DNA from: Dehalococcoidia bacterium
GTDB taxonomy: Bacteria; Chloroflexota; Dehalococcoidia; Plut-88900
DNA length: 64,000 nucleotides
Assembly (NCBI GenBank): GCA_965197645.1
Contig: OZ240219.1
Coordinates: 2,880,001-2,944,000 of the forward strand
Direction: 5' to 3'
Below are positions 20,283 through 29,853 of the stretch, piece by piece. The stretch's first letter is position 1; each line of letters begins with the position of its first letter. The notes under the pieces are model-generated. The model was not told the origin of the DNA, searched no databases, and was given only the letters and a program-made list of their open reading frames with translations. A program made the position numbers and the translations under genes.

Positions 20283-21578
20283 ATGAAAGTACTAACCGGC
20301 GCTACCCTCATTGACGGCACCGGCGGCCCCATCCAACCCAACGCCGCCGTGGTCATAGACGGCGAGAAGATACTCGACGTGGGGCCGGCGGAAGCCGTCG
20401 CCTACCCTCCCGATTCCGAGATCGAAGACGTCTCGGGCATGACCCTTCTCCCCGGCCTGATCGACTGCCATGATCACCTCGCCAGCCCCGGTATCCTCGG
20501 CCCCTTAGAGGCGGGCAAGTCCGGCGTCGGCTACACTCTGATGCAGGCCTGGGAGCTGGACGCGCCCTTCAGCCGCCGGATCCTGCAGACCGCCAAGAAT
20601 CTGAAAGACACCCTGGACATCGGGTACACCGCGGTGAGGGATGGCGGCGGTCTGGACATCGGGTTCAAGCAGGCCGTCGAAAACGGCCTCATCCCCGGCC
20701 CTCGACTGATGGCGAGCATTGAGATAATCTCACCAACGGGAGGCCTCGCCGATAGCGTCGCTCCCTCGGGTCACTGCCGGCCTGTGCCCATCAACCCCGC
20801 CCTCGGTTCCGGGGTCGCCGACGGGCCCGACGCCGTTCGCACCAAGGTCCGCGAAATGGCACGGAAGGGCGCCGACGTAATCAAGTTCGCTACCACCGGC
20901 GGGGCCAGCTCCCGACCGGGTCACGGCGCCCGGGACCAGGAGTACACCCTTGAAGAGGCCAGGACCTTGGTCGAAGAGGCCCACCTGTTGGGCAGGAGGG
21001 CCATGTGTCACGCCATCGGCGGTCCGGGCCTTCGAGTCGCTCTGGAGGCCGGCGCAGATACCATCGAGCACGGCGCCTACCTGGACGAGGATCCGGACTA
21101 CATGCGTATGATGGGCCACAACGGCGCTTTCTTCGTTCCCACCTTCACCGTGTACGTCTTCCATAAGGCCACGCCCACCCCCCACATCCGGCCCCGGGCC
21201 CAGGCCCTCTGGCCCCATCTCCAGAACAGCGTCGGCGAGGCGTTGGCGGCGGGCGTCAAGGTGGTGGCCGGCACCGATGCCGGAGGATACGTCCACGGCG
21301 ATAATGCCCAGGAACTCCAGTGCATGGTAGAAGCCGGCATGTCGACTATGCAGGCCATCCAGGCGGCAACCGGCTGGGCGGCCGAGTGTATCGGTATGGA
21401 GAAGGAGATCGGCACCGTCGAGAAGGGCAAGCTGGCCGATCTGGTCGTTGTAGATGGCGACCCTCTGGCCGATATCAGCGTTCTCCGCCGCCGAGAGAAC
21501 ATCAAGGTTGTGATGAAAGGCGGCGACGTTCACGTCGACCGGCGGGCCAAAACGCCTGCCAGAGTGGCCGTGGACTAG
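20283..21578 (+). CDS. Metal-dependent amidohydrolase (Xaa-Pro dipeptidase-like)
   Basis: PGLIDCHDH, DVIKF, TIEHG, GTDAG and GKLADLVVVDGDP motifs. Confidence 0.9.
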   Translation: MKVLTGATLIDGTGGPIQPNAAVVIDGEKILDVGPAEAVAYPPDSEIEDVSGMTLLPGLIDCHDHLASPGILGPLEAGKSGVGYTLMQAWELDAPFSRRILQTAKNLKDTLDIGYTAVRDGGGLDIGFKQAVENGLIPGPRLMASIEIISPTGGLADSVAPSGHCRPVPINPALGSGVADGPDAVRTKVREMARKGADVIKFATTGGASSRPGHGARDQEYTLEEARTLVEEAHLLGRRAMCHAIGGPGLRVALEAGADTIEHGAYLDEDPDYMRMMGHNGAFFVPTFTVYVFHKATPTPHIRPRAQALWPHLQNSVGEALAAGVKVVAGTDAGGYVHGDNAQELQCMVEAGMSTMQAIQAATGWAAECIGMEKEIGTVEKGKLADLVVVDGDPLADISVLRRRENIKVVMKGGDVHVDRRAKTPARVAVD

Positions 21579-22111
21579 GCGTTCGAGTAGGTCTCCCTGT
21601 CCAGATCGAACACGTGGTGCCGTCCGCCATCTCCACCCATCAGGATGGCCAGGCACGATGGCTCGTCGCCTTCAGCCCACTGCCGGTGGATATTGCGAGG
21701 GGCGTCATACCAGTATCCCAGGTCACCCCGCTCAACGTGATGGTCTGAAAGCACCTCCAGCTTCGTCCCGCCCGCTCCATCGTCCTCGACCTGGGTCCAA
21801 ACGGTAAACCGTTCCCTGCCTGATATGCCACACTCGACGCCCCAGCGGTAGTGGCTGTGCACCGGAGTCGGCTCCCCCGCCGGGAACCTCGCCAGCAGCA
21901 GGCGGAACCTCCCCTGCGGATCGAAGTGGAGCACGCGGCCCTCCAGCCCTGTGCTTCCCACCCGGGACTCGCCCATTCCAGTGAGATGCTCTTCCTCCAT
22001 CACCAACCGTTGGAGCCTGGGCCCCATCGCCCACTGCGCCTCCGGGGTCGCTCCCTTTCCGTCGAGTATGGCGTCTATTTCGGCTACGAAATCCTCTACC
22101 GAGTATGTCAT
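21575..22111 (-). CDS. Cysteine/thiol dioxygenase-like cupin
   Basis: TPVHSH.RWGV and NIHRQ 3-His pattern. Confidence 0.7.
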   Translation of the reverse strand: MTYSVEDFVAEIDAILDGKGATPEAQWAMGPRLQRLVMEEEHLTGMGESRVGSTGLEGRVLHFDPQGRFRLLLARFPAGEPTPVHSHYRWGVECGISGRERFTVWTQVEDDGAGGTKLEVLSDHHVERGDLGYWYDAPRNIHRQWAEGDEPSCLAILMGGDGGRHHVFDLDRETYSNA

Positions 22112-22148
22112 CCCATCCTCTTTCTTGAGACTGGCCTGTCCACGACGA

Positions 22149-23183
22149 CTATTCCAAGGGGAGTGTAATCCTGGTCAATATATCATCCTCCACGCAGGCC
22201 ACCCAAATGCTCCGTCCATCGTAGAGCAGGTCCACCGGCCCCCGGCCCACCTGCCATGTTCCCAGTGCCAGGCCAAGCAGGGACAGGCGGCTCACGGTGT
22301 TGTCCGCGGCGTTGGCCACCCAGATGCTCTCTCCATCGAAGGCCAGGGCCGTCGGGCTGTTCCCCACGGAAAAGGACCCCAGCTTTTCACCGTCCAAGCC
22401 CAGCTTGGTAATCGAATTGGGGGTATTTTCGTCGAAGCCGCCGCTGTTGGCCACCCACATGCTGTTCCCATCGAACGCCAGGTCTATTGGCCCTGACCCC
22501 GATTCGTACCTGTCGATCACGTCGCCGCCCAGGGTCAGCTTGGACACCGTGCTGGATGCGTCTTGCGCGGTGCCCAGTCGGGAGACCCAGATGTGTTCCC
22601 CGTCGAACTCGATAGCAGCCGGCCCCTGCCCCACCGTGTAGACTCCCGCGATTTCACCCGAGGTCTTCAGCTTGGTGACCGTCTCTTCCCCTGAGTTGGC
22701 CACCCAGACATGTTCACCATCGAACTCGAAGCCGAAGGGGCGGACCCCCACTTGAAATTTTCCCAGTATCGCTCCGCTCGTTGACACCTTGGTCACGGTC
22801 GAGCTTGGTTCCGCGGGCGTACCCAGGTTGGCCACCCACAGGCTCTCCCCATCGAAGAGGAGAGCGCCGGGGATGTCGCCGATGTCGACCGAGCCCATCT
22901 CTTCCCCGTCCAGCCCGAACCGCTTGATCTCGTTGTTCAAGTCGTTCGGCTCCCCCAGACTGGATACCCAGATGCTCTCCCCATCGAACGCCAGCCCGTT
23001 GGGGGCCTCGATTCCCACCGGAATCTCCAGGACGTGCACCCCCGTGATCGAGTCCAGATCGACGGCCGGCATGGGAGTATCAGTGACGCTCTGAGGAGTG
23101 GCCGTGGCCGGCGCGCTCACACACCCGGCCAGCATCAGGCCGGCTATGAGCACCAGTATTCCGACAGGTTTCAATTTTCCCAT
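22149..23183 (-). CDS. Lipoprotein with beta-propeller repeats
   Basis: Lipobox LAGC, P/T/A-rich linker, and seven (P)xx(L/I/F)x(F/Y)DGxx(I/L/V/M)WV repeats. Confidence 0.8.
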   Translation of the reverse strand: MGKLKPVGILVLIAGLMLAGCVSAPATATPQSVTDTPMPAVDLDSITGVHVLEIPVGIEAPNGLAFDGESIWVSSLGEPNDLNNEIKRFGLDGEEMGSVDIGDIPGALLFDGESLWVANLGTPAEPSSTVTKVSTSGAILGKFQVGVRPFGFEFDGEHVWVANSGEETVTKLKTSGEIAGVYTVGQGPAAIEFDGEHIWVSRLGTAQDASSTVSKLTLGGDVIDRYESGSGPIDLAFDGNSMWVANSGGFDENTPNSITKLGLDGEKLGSFSVGNSPTALAFDGESIWVANAADNTVSRLSLLGLALGTWQVGRGPVDLLYDGRSIWVACVEDDILTRITLPLE

Positions 23184-23266
23184 GCCCGTAGCTCATTATA
23201 TCGTTGCCGGGCCTTGGTTGGGTGATATACTCATACCGTTTTCCACCTTGAGAAAGGCGTCACGTT

Positions 23267-24493
23267 ATGGCCAGCAAAGAGCATTACCTCATTATCGGCG
23301 GCAGTACCACCGGCAACTCCGCCGCCGAGACTCTCCGCAAGGAGGGATTCGATGGCCGGATCACTCTCGTAGGCCGGGAGTCGGACAGACCCTACGATAG
23401 GCCTCCCCTCTCCAAGGAGTTCCTCCGGGGGGAGAAAGAGGAAGAGAAGGTCTACTTCAAGCCTGCCGAGTTCTACCAAGAGCAGGAGATAGAGCTCAAG
23501 CTGGGCGCCTCGGCGTCCCGACTTGACACGGCCAATCGCACCGTGGAGTTGGAATCCGGCGAGTCGCTAAGCTACGATAAGCTTCTGCTGGCCACGGGCA
23601 GTAGGGCCCGAAAGCTGGACGTACCGGGCAACAGATTGGGCGGCGTCCATTACTTGCGCACCATCGGCAGCTCTCGGCGTCTGGCCGACGATATCGAAAA
23701 GGGGAGCAAAGTCGTCCTGGTAGGCGCCGGGTTCATCGGCCTAGAGGTGGCCGCGTCCTGCCGCATGAAAGGCCTGGAAGTTACCGTACTGGAGATAGAG
23801 GATGTCCCCTTACGGCACGCAATAGGCGAGGAGCTGGGGAACATCTGCGCCGACATCCATCGGGACCAGGGCGTGGAGCTGAGGCTCGGCGAGGGCATCA
23901 AGGAGATACAAGGCGATGGCCGCGCCGAACGCGTCATCACCTCCTCGGGCGCCGAGCTACCCTGTGACGTGGTGGTCATCGGCGTGGGGGCCAGACCCGA
24001 AACCCGCCTTGTAGAAGACTCCAACGTCGAGACCGGCGACGGCATCATAGTCGACGAATACTGCCAGACCAACGTGCCCGGCATCTACTCCGCCGGCGAC
24101 GCCGCCTCCTGGTGGCATCCCGGCCTCGGCCGCCGGATCAGGGTCGAGCACTGGGACAACGCCATCAATCAAGCAGCCGTCGCGGCCAGGAATATGCTGG
24201 GCGGCCAGGAGTCCTACTCCCCAGTGCTCTACTTCTGGTCTGACCAGTACGATTGCAATCTTCAGTACGTCGGCGAGGCCCACGACTGGGACAACATGCT
24301 CTATCGGGGCAATCCCAAAGACCGGAAGTTCAGCGCATTCTTCATCAAGGACGGTCTGGTGCAAGCCACCTTCTCCGTAAACAGCTTCCGGGACATCAAC
24401 GCCTCTCGACGCCTGATCGCAGACAAGGTCCCCATCGACGAAAGGCAGCTGGTAGACCCCGACGTCAACCTCCGGAAGCTGGGCGCCTCCTAA
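23267..24493 (+). CDS. NAD(P)H-ferredoxin reductase (putidaredoxin reductase-like)
   Basis: PYDRPPLSK, GAGFIGLE, RVEHW and YFWSDQYD motifs. Confidence 0.92.
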   Translation: MASKEHYLIIGGSTTGNSAAETLRKEGFDGRITLVGRESDRPYDRPPLSKEFLRGEKEEEKVYFKPAEFYQEQEIELKLGASASRLDTANRTVELESGESLSYDKLLLATGSRARKLDVPGNRLGGVHYLRTIGSSRRLADDIEKGSKVVLVGAGFIGLEVAASCRMKGLEVTVLEIEDVPLRHAIGEELGNICADIHRDQGVELRLGEGIKEIQGDGRAERVITSSGAELPCDVVVIGVGARPETRLVEDSNVETGDGIIVDEYCQTNVPGIYSAGDAASWWHPGLGRRIRVEHWDNAINQAAVAARNMLGGQESYSPVLYFWSDQYDCNLQYVGEAHDWDNMLYRGNPKDRKFSAFFIKDGLVQATFSVNSFRDINASRRLIADKVPIDERQLVDPDVNLRKLGAS

Positions 24494-24532
24494 GCGTTCA
24501 ATAACATCGTTGGGAGACTAAGGTACTGCAGG

Positions 24533-25462
24533 TCAGGAGCCGGCGGCCGCGGTGCCCTTGACGGCATCGCTCATCCTCATGTCCCGGCGGACGGTGGCCT
24601 TGACCCCAGCTGATCGCTTCTTCAACGCCGTCGGCAGCTCCTCCCGGTCCAGGTCGTACACGTCCCATGCCAACCCCAGCCTCTCCAGCAGCCGGATGAC
24701 CTTCCAGCTAGTATCGAAGTGCCACCACCTGGTCCCATGCCGGGCGGACCGAGGAGAAGCGTGATGGTTGTTGTGGCCTCCCTCCCCCATGCCCAGCAGC
24801 CCGACAAGCCAGTGGTTGGTGCTCCTGTCCTTGGTCTCGAAGGGCCTGCTGCCGAACATGTGACAGACCGAGTTCACGGCGAAGGTCACGTGCTGGGACA
24901 CGAAAATCCGCACTAACCCACCCCATAGCAGTCCGCTCCACCCTCCGATGGCCAGCGGCACCACCAGGCTCAGTGTACACCAGAAGAGAGCGGTGCGTTG
25001 AATGAACACCACGTCCTCATCCTTGAGCAGGTCCTTGGCCCACTTCTCCGGATCGGCCCTTTCGTTCCCCAGCAGCCATCCTATCTGGGCGTGAAGGAAA
25101 CCTCGCAGCATGTTTCGGCTAAGCTGAGGGCTGTGGATGTCGCCCTCCTGGTCCGAGTAGGCGTGGTGCAGCCGATGATTCGCCGCCCAGGAGATTGCGC
25201 CTCCCTGGAAGCCCATCGTGCCCAGGACGATCAGGACGCCTTTCACCACCCGGTTGGCCTTGAACCCGCTGTGGGTCAGGTATCGGTGATACCCGATGGT
25301 CACCCCGAAGCTGACCGCCGTGTACAACACTCCCAGCAGCACCAGGTCCTGCCAGTTCACCAGCCAGTTCCAGGTCATGTAGATTACGATTCCCAGGGTA
25401 ATGAGCGGCGCCAACACGAGGAAGGTCACCGTCGCCACCCGGCCAAAGTAGTACTCAAACAC
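24533..25462 (-). CDS. Delta-9 acyl-CoA/acyl-lipid desaturase
   Basis: His boxes HRYLTH, HRLHH and GEGGHNNHH. Confidence 0.92.
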   Translation of the reverse strand: MFEYYFGRVATVTFLVLAPLITLGIVIYMTWNWLVNWQDLVLLGVLYTAVSFGVTIGYHRYLTHSGFKANRVVKGVLIVLGTMGFQGGAISWAANHRLHHAYSDQEGDIHSPQLSRNMLRGFLHAQIGWLLGNERADPEKWAKDLLKDEDVVFIQRTALFWCTLSLVVPLAIGGWSGLLWGGLVRIFVSQHVTFAVNSVCHMFGSRPFETKDRSTNHWLVGLLGMGEGGHNNHHASPRSARHGTRWWHFDTSWKVIRLLERLGLAWDVYDLDREELPTALKKRSAGVKATVRRDMRMSDAVKGTAAAGS

Positions 25463-25504
25463 CTTTAGTTACAGCTCCTTGTAGTAATTGGGCTTGTCTC
25501 AAAG

Positions 25505-25607
25505 GGACGAACGTCTTACTCCCAGCAACCCGCCCTTGAACCGTTTTGTACTTTGGGGGCACATCCCCCAATCCCCCTGCCAGAGGGAAGGTCCCTCTGG
25601 AGTCCCT
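25505..25607. repeat. Palindromic intergenic repeat family B, copy 2
   Basis: TTGGGGGCACATCCCCCAA at 25553-25571, then CCAGAGGG...CCCTCTGG. Confidence 0.75.
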
Positions 25608-25718
25608 TGATACGGGATCCCAACAAAGGCTCAAGAAATGGCCACCGTTCGAGTCTAGATTATCACTGAATTCCATGCGCCTGTCGAACGTCTATTGGAC
25701 ACTGCTGCCCAGTTTCCG

Positions 25719-28700
25719 TCAAGCCGGTTCCGGCTCCGCGCCGCCCAGCCCCTCTAGCTCTTTTCTGGTCCTGGCCACCTCTTCGGAAGCCACTCGCTCC
25801 ACCCAACCCGGTCCCGCCGACACCATCTGCGTCGCCACCAGCTGGGAGTACAGACCTCCCCTGTTTAGCAGCTCATCGTGTACGCCTTCCTCCACTATCC
25901 GGCCCGAGTCCATTACCAGTATTTTGTCGGCGTCCCTGACCGTGGAGAGCCGATGGGCAATGACTAACGTGCTCCGGTCCACCATCAACCGCGCCAGCGC
26001 CCCTCGGACGTACCGCTCGTTGACCGCATCCAGGTGGGAGGTCGCCTCGTCCAGTACCAGCACCGGGGCGTTCTTAAGCAGCGCCCTCGCTATCGATATC
26101 CGCTGGCGCTGCCCGCCCGAGAGCTGCATCCCCCTTTCCCCAACCATGGTGTCGTACCCTTCGGGGAAGGACTCTACGAACTCCAGTGCATTGGCCTGGC
26201 TCGCCGCCTCTTCCAGCTCCTCGTCCGTAGCGTCCACTTTACCCAGCCTGATGTTCTCCCGTATCGTGGTGTTGAAAAGGTAGGTGTCCTGGGAAACGAA
26301 GGCTATCAGTCCTCGAAGCTCGTCCAGCTCGAACTCGCGAAGCCCATGGCCCCCCAGGTGAACGCCGCCGGATAGGGGGTCCCAGAACCGCATCAGCAAG
26401 TAGGCACAGGTCGTCTTTCCCGCCCCCGATCTCCCCACCAACGCCACCGTCTTACCCGAATCGATCTCGAAGCTCACGCCCCTCAACGCCTGGGGCTGAC
26501 GGGGCCCATAGGCAAAGACGACGTCGTCGAACCTGATCTGAGGCGCCGTTGCCGCCGGCTTGGGAGCCAATGCCGGCACTCCCGGACCGTCCTCGACCAG
26601 CACGGGCTCGTCGTGGACCGCAAACACCCGCCTGGACGCTGCCAGTGTCTCCATCACGTCCTTCACCGTCCGTGCAATGTCCGATACCGGGGAGAAGGTA
26701 GATAGCGCCAGAAGGGTCGCCAGCGGAAGGTCCGGTCTAGCCATGTTCCCTTCGAGGACCAGGTAAGCTCCCGTGGCCAGCACGGCCAGTCCCCCCAGGC
26801 CCGTCAGCGCCTCGATGAAGCCTGCCTGGGATGCCTGGGCCTTCTCGAACTGGAGCTGACTGTGGGCATAATCCCAGCCCATGTCGTCGATATCCTTTAT
26901 CCGCTCCTTGCCTCTCCCGAACGCCGATATCTCCCGCATCCCCTGGATGTTGTCCACCATGTGGGAGTGAACGTCCCCCAGCTTTTCTCGCACCTCCGCC
27001 CCCAGCCGTTCCGCCTTTCTCTGGTCGTAAAACGGTCTGACTCCAACGGCGATGAGGAAGGGCAACAGCGCCACCGCCAGCGGCCACGAGATAATCCCCA
27101 AAGTGATGATCACCGCCACCGGCACCAGGACTGCCACGAAAGCGGGACTGATGGCGTGACCAAAGAAGTACTCGATCTTTTCGATATCGGAGTTGACTAT
27201 GCTTACTACGTCTCCGGACCTGCGGGTCACCAGATACGCCGGCGCCAGCGGCTCCAGCTTTTCATACATATCTATCCGCATCTCGGCCAGCAGCTTGTAA
27301 GCCAAGTCGTGGGCGAGCCAGGATTCCGCCCACTGGAACATCGCCGATAGAGGCGCAAACAGTCCCAGCAGCACCAGGTACAGGGTAAGGTCTCCCCCTC
27401 TGAACACCTGTCCCACCGTCAGCGCGGCGGCGATTCCCAGGCCTATTACGCAGCCGTGATGGGCTATCCCCAGAAGGAAGGTAGCCGTCTGTTGCACCCA
27501 CCACGGCCTGACCAGGCCCAGCAGCTTCTTGATGATGGTCGGAGTGGGTATGTGCCGGCCGATGGGTATCGGCTCCGGCCCTGTCTCGACATCCTCTCTT
27601 TGACGGACCTCGGCTTTCACCGCCTCCCGTCCCGTTGCTCGTGCGGCGCCCCGCGTGGACGGCATCGCGTCCAGACCCATCTCGGCCTGTTGATTGGCCA
27701 TCAGCTGGGCGTATACCCCGCTCCCGTTTACCAGCTCAGCGTGGGACCCGGTCTCCACCAGCCGGCCCTTCTCCAGCACCAGGATCCGATCGGCGTCCAC
27801 CACACTGGACAAACGATGGGCGATGATCAGGGTGGTGCGGCCTTCCTTCAGCCGGTCCAACGCCTCCTGGATCAACGCCTCGTTCTCAGCATCCACGCTG
27901 GACATCGCCTCGTCCAGCACCAGTATGGGGGCATCCTTCAAAAGCGCCCGGGCAATCGCTATACGCTGTCGCTGCCCTCCCGACAGTCGTACTGCCCGCT
28001 CGCCTACGACGGTGTCGTATCCCTGGGGAAGCTGCATGATGAAATCGTGGGCGTTGGCCGCCCGGGCCGCCGCCTCCAGCTGCTCTAGGCTGGCGTCCGG
28101 CTTCCCGAACCTCAGGTTTTCTGCCACCGTGCCGTTGAACAGATAGGTATCCTGTGTCACCACCGCTACCTGGTCCCTGAGAAGCTCCAGCGGCAGCTCT
28201 CGCAAGTCGTGGCCTCCCAGGAGCACTCGGCCCTTCTGCGGGTCGAAGAACCGATATATGAGCCACACTATCGTCGACTTGCCCGCCCCGCTCGGGCCCA
28301 CCACCCCCAGCTTCTCTTCGGCGCCCAGGGTAAAGGACACTTCCTCCAGCGCCAGTCCTCGGCTCTCATCGTACCCAAAGCTTACGTTTTCGAACTGTAT
28401 TTCCGGCCTCAGGGCTGTCCCGTCCTTCGACGTTATAGCAGGGCTCTTCGGATCGACTATCTCACCTTTAGTGTCCAGCAATGCGAAGATGCTCTGGGAC
28501 GATGCCATCGCCAGCATGCCTTCGTGATAGAGCATCGTCAGCTCTCGGAGTGGTTTGAAAACCTCCACGCCGAACATCATCACAATCAGCAGCGTCCTGA
28601 TCTCCACGTCTCCGCTCTCCACCCTCAACGCTCCGACCCCCAGGGCCACCGCCGCCCCCGCCGAAATCCCCAGCACGGTGACTCCACCGGTGGCGATGTT

Positions 28701-29417
28701 GGCCGCCAGCACGCCCATGGTGGACCTGTAGAGGTGGCGGGCTCTCTGGGCCAGCAACTCGCCTCGCCGCCGGCCTTGCCCGAACGCCTTCAGAGTACCC
28801 AGGCCCTGCACGCTGTCCAGGAACTCGGCGCCCAGGTCTCCGTAGGACTGGAACCGTTTGAGGCTGCTGCTACGGTTCCACCTGTGGAATATCGCCGGCA
28901 CCACCGTCGCAAACAGTGCGAATCCCAGGAAGATCACGCCCATCCACACGTCCAGGATGGCCATGAAGATGAATATGGCGATGGGGGCCAGGACCGAGAC
29001 GATGAACTGGGGCAGGTATTTCCCGTAGAAGGTCTCCAACGCCTCGACCCCGTCGCCCAACGTCAACATGATGCCGCCGGTCCGCCGCTGGTCGAAGTGC
29101 CCCGGTCCGAGGTTGAGGCAGTGGTCGTACAGGAACTTCCTTATCCGGATCTTGACGATGCTAGAAGTGTGGTGAGCGTAGGCGTTCTGCCAGTACTGGA
29201 ACACACCCCTGGCCACGATGAGCAGCGCCACCACCACCAGGGGAAGGGTCAGCGATGAGTACTCCGCCTGACCTAGGAACACCCGGAAGATGACCACACC
29301 GAAGATGGCCAGTCCCGCCACCCCGGATCCCACCGCTATCAGCCCCAACACCGATGCTACCAACACCCGCAGGCGGATGCCCTTGGTGAACCCGAACAGT
29401 CTTAAATCAAAGTACAT
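25719..29417 (-). CDS. Fused full-length ABC exporter (TMD-NBD-TMD-NBD), CydD/CydC-like
   Basis: Two Walker A (GPSGAGKS, GRSGAGKT), two LSGGQRQR and two LVLDEA motifs; WAESWLAHDLAY in the second half is CydC-like. Confidence 0.88.
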   Translation of the reverse strand: MYFDLRLFGFTKGIRLRVLVASVLGLIAVGSGVAGLAIFGVVIFRVFLGQAEYSSLTLPLVVVALLIVARGVFQYWQNAYAHHTSSIVKIRIRKFLYDHCLNLGPGHFDQRRTGGIMLTLGDGVEALETFYGKYLPQFIVSVLAPIAIFIFMAILDVWMGVIFLGFALFATVVPAIFHRWNRSSSLKRFQSYGDLGAEFLDSVQGLGTLKAFGQGRRRGELLAQRARHLYRSTMGVLAANIATGGVTVLGISAGAAVALGVGALRVESGDVEIRTLLIVMMFGVEVFKPLRELTMLYHEGMLAMASSQSIFALLDTKGEIVDPKSPAITSKDGTALRPEIQFENVSFGYDESRGLALEEVSFTLGAEEKLGVVGPSGAGKSTIVWLIYRFFDPQKGRVLLGGHDLRELPLELLRDQVAVVTQDTYLFNGTVAENLRFGKPDASLEQLEAAARAANAHDFIMQLPQGYDTVVGERAVRLSGGQRQRIAIARALLKDAPILVLDEAMSSVDAENEALIQEALDRLKEGRTTLIIAHRLSSVVDADRILVLEKGRLVETGSHAELVNGSGVYAQLMANQQAEMGLDAMPSTRGAARATGREAVKAEVRQREDVETGPEPIPIGRHIPTPTIIKKLLGLVRPWWVQQTATFLLGIAHHGCVIGLGIAAALTVGQVFRGGDLTLYLVLLGLFAPLSAMFQWAESWLAHDLAYKLLAEMRIDMYEKLEPLAPAYLVTRRSGDVVSIVNSDIEKIEYFFGHAISPAFVAVLVPVAVIITLGIISWPLAVALLPFLIAVGVRPFYDQRKAERLGAEVREKLGDVHSHMVDNIQGMREISAFGRGKERIKDIDDMGWDYAHSQLQFEKAQASQAGFIEALTGLGGLAVLATGAYLVLEGNMARPDLPLATLLALSTFSPVSDIARTVKDVMETLAASRRVFAVHDEPVLVEDGPGVPALAPKPAATAPQIRFDDVVFAYGPRQPQALRGVSFEIDSGKTVALVGRSGAGKTTCAYLLMRFWDPLSGGVHLGGHGLREFELDELRGLIAFVSQDTYLFNTTIRENIRLGKVDATDEELEEAASQANALEFVESFPEGYDTMVGERGMQLSGGQRQRISIARALLKNAPVLVLDEATSHLDAVNERYVRGALARLMVDRSTLVIAHRLSTVRDADKILVMDSGRIVEEGVHDELLNRGGLYSQLVATQMVSAGPGWVERVASEEVARTRKELEGLGGAEPEPA

Positions 29418-29501
29418 ACCGGTTCTCTAAGGTTAATCTATCGGAACGTCAAACTCGCCTATTATACAAAGTCACGGCGAGAGATTCCTCATTCAAGCAC
29501 G

Positions 29502-29660
29502 TTACCATCTTTTTCTATAGATGAAAGCCCAGGCTATCCAGAATATCGATATGAACATGAATGCTGCACCCCATCCGGTGAACCCGGTGGCAAGCAATAG
29601 GGCGCCGAACAGGAATGATGCCCCCGCACCGGCAAAACAGGTCTTGGCGAACTTGGACAT
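29502..29660 (-). CDS. 52-aa two-helix membrane protein
   Basis: MSKFAKT...IYRKRW; TG-extended TATACT lies 7 nt before the ATG. Confidence 0.55.
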   Translation of the reverse strand: MSKFAKTCFAGAGASFLFGALLLATGFTGWGAAFMFISIFWIAWAFIYRKRW

Positions 29661-29853
29661 CCCATGGAGTATATCACTGACTTGCACCTGGGACGTATAA
29701 TGACCGTCAAACCTACTGCCTGTAGATGAGCAGCCTGATGCCGGTGCCCAAGACAAGCGACACCACTATCAGATAGGCTTCACCGCCTCAGCACTTTCTT
29801 GACACCATCCGGATAATCTGAAGTTAACAAGTAGTTTTGGAGATATCTAAACC

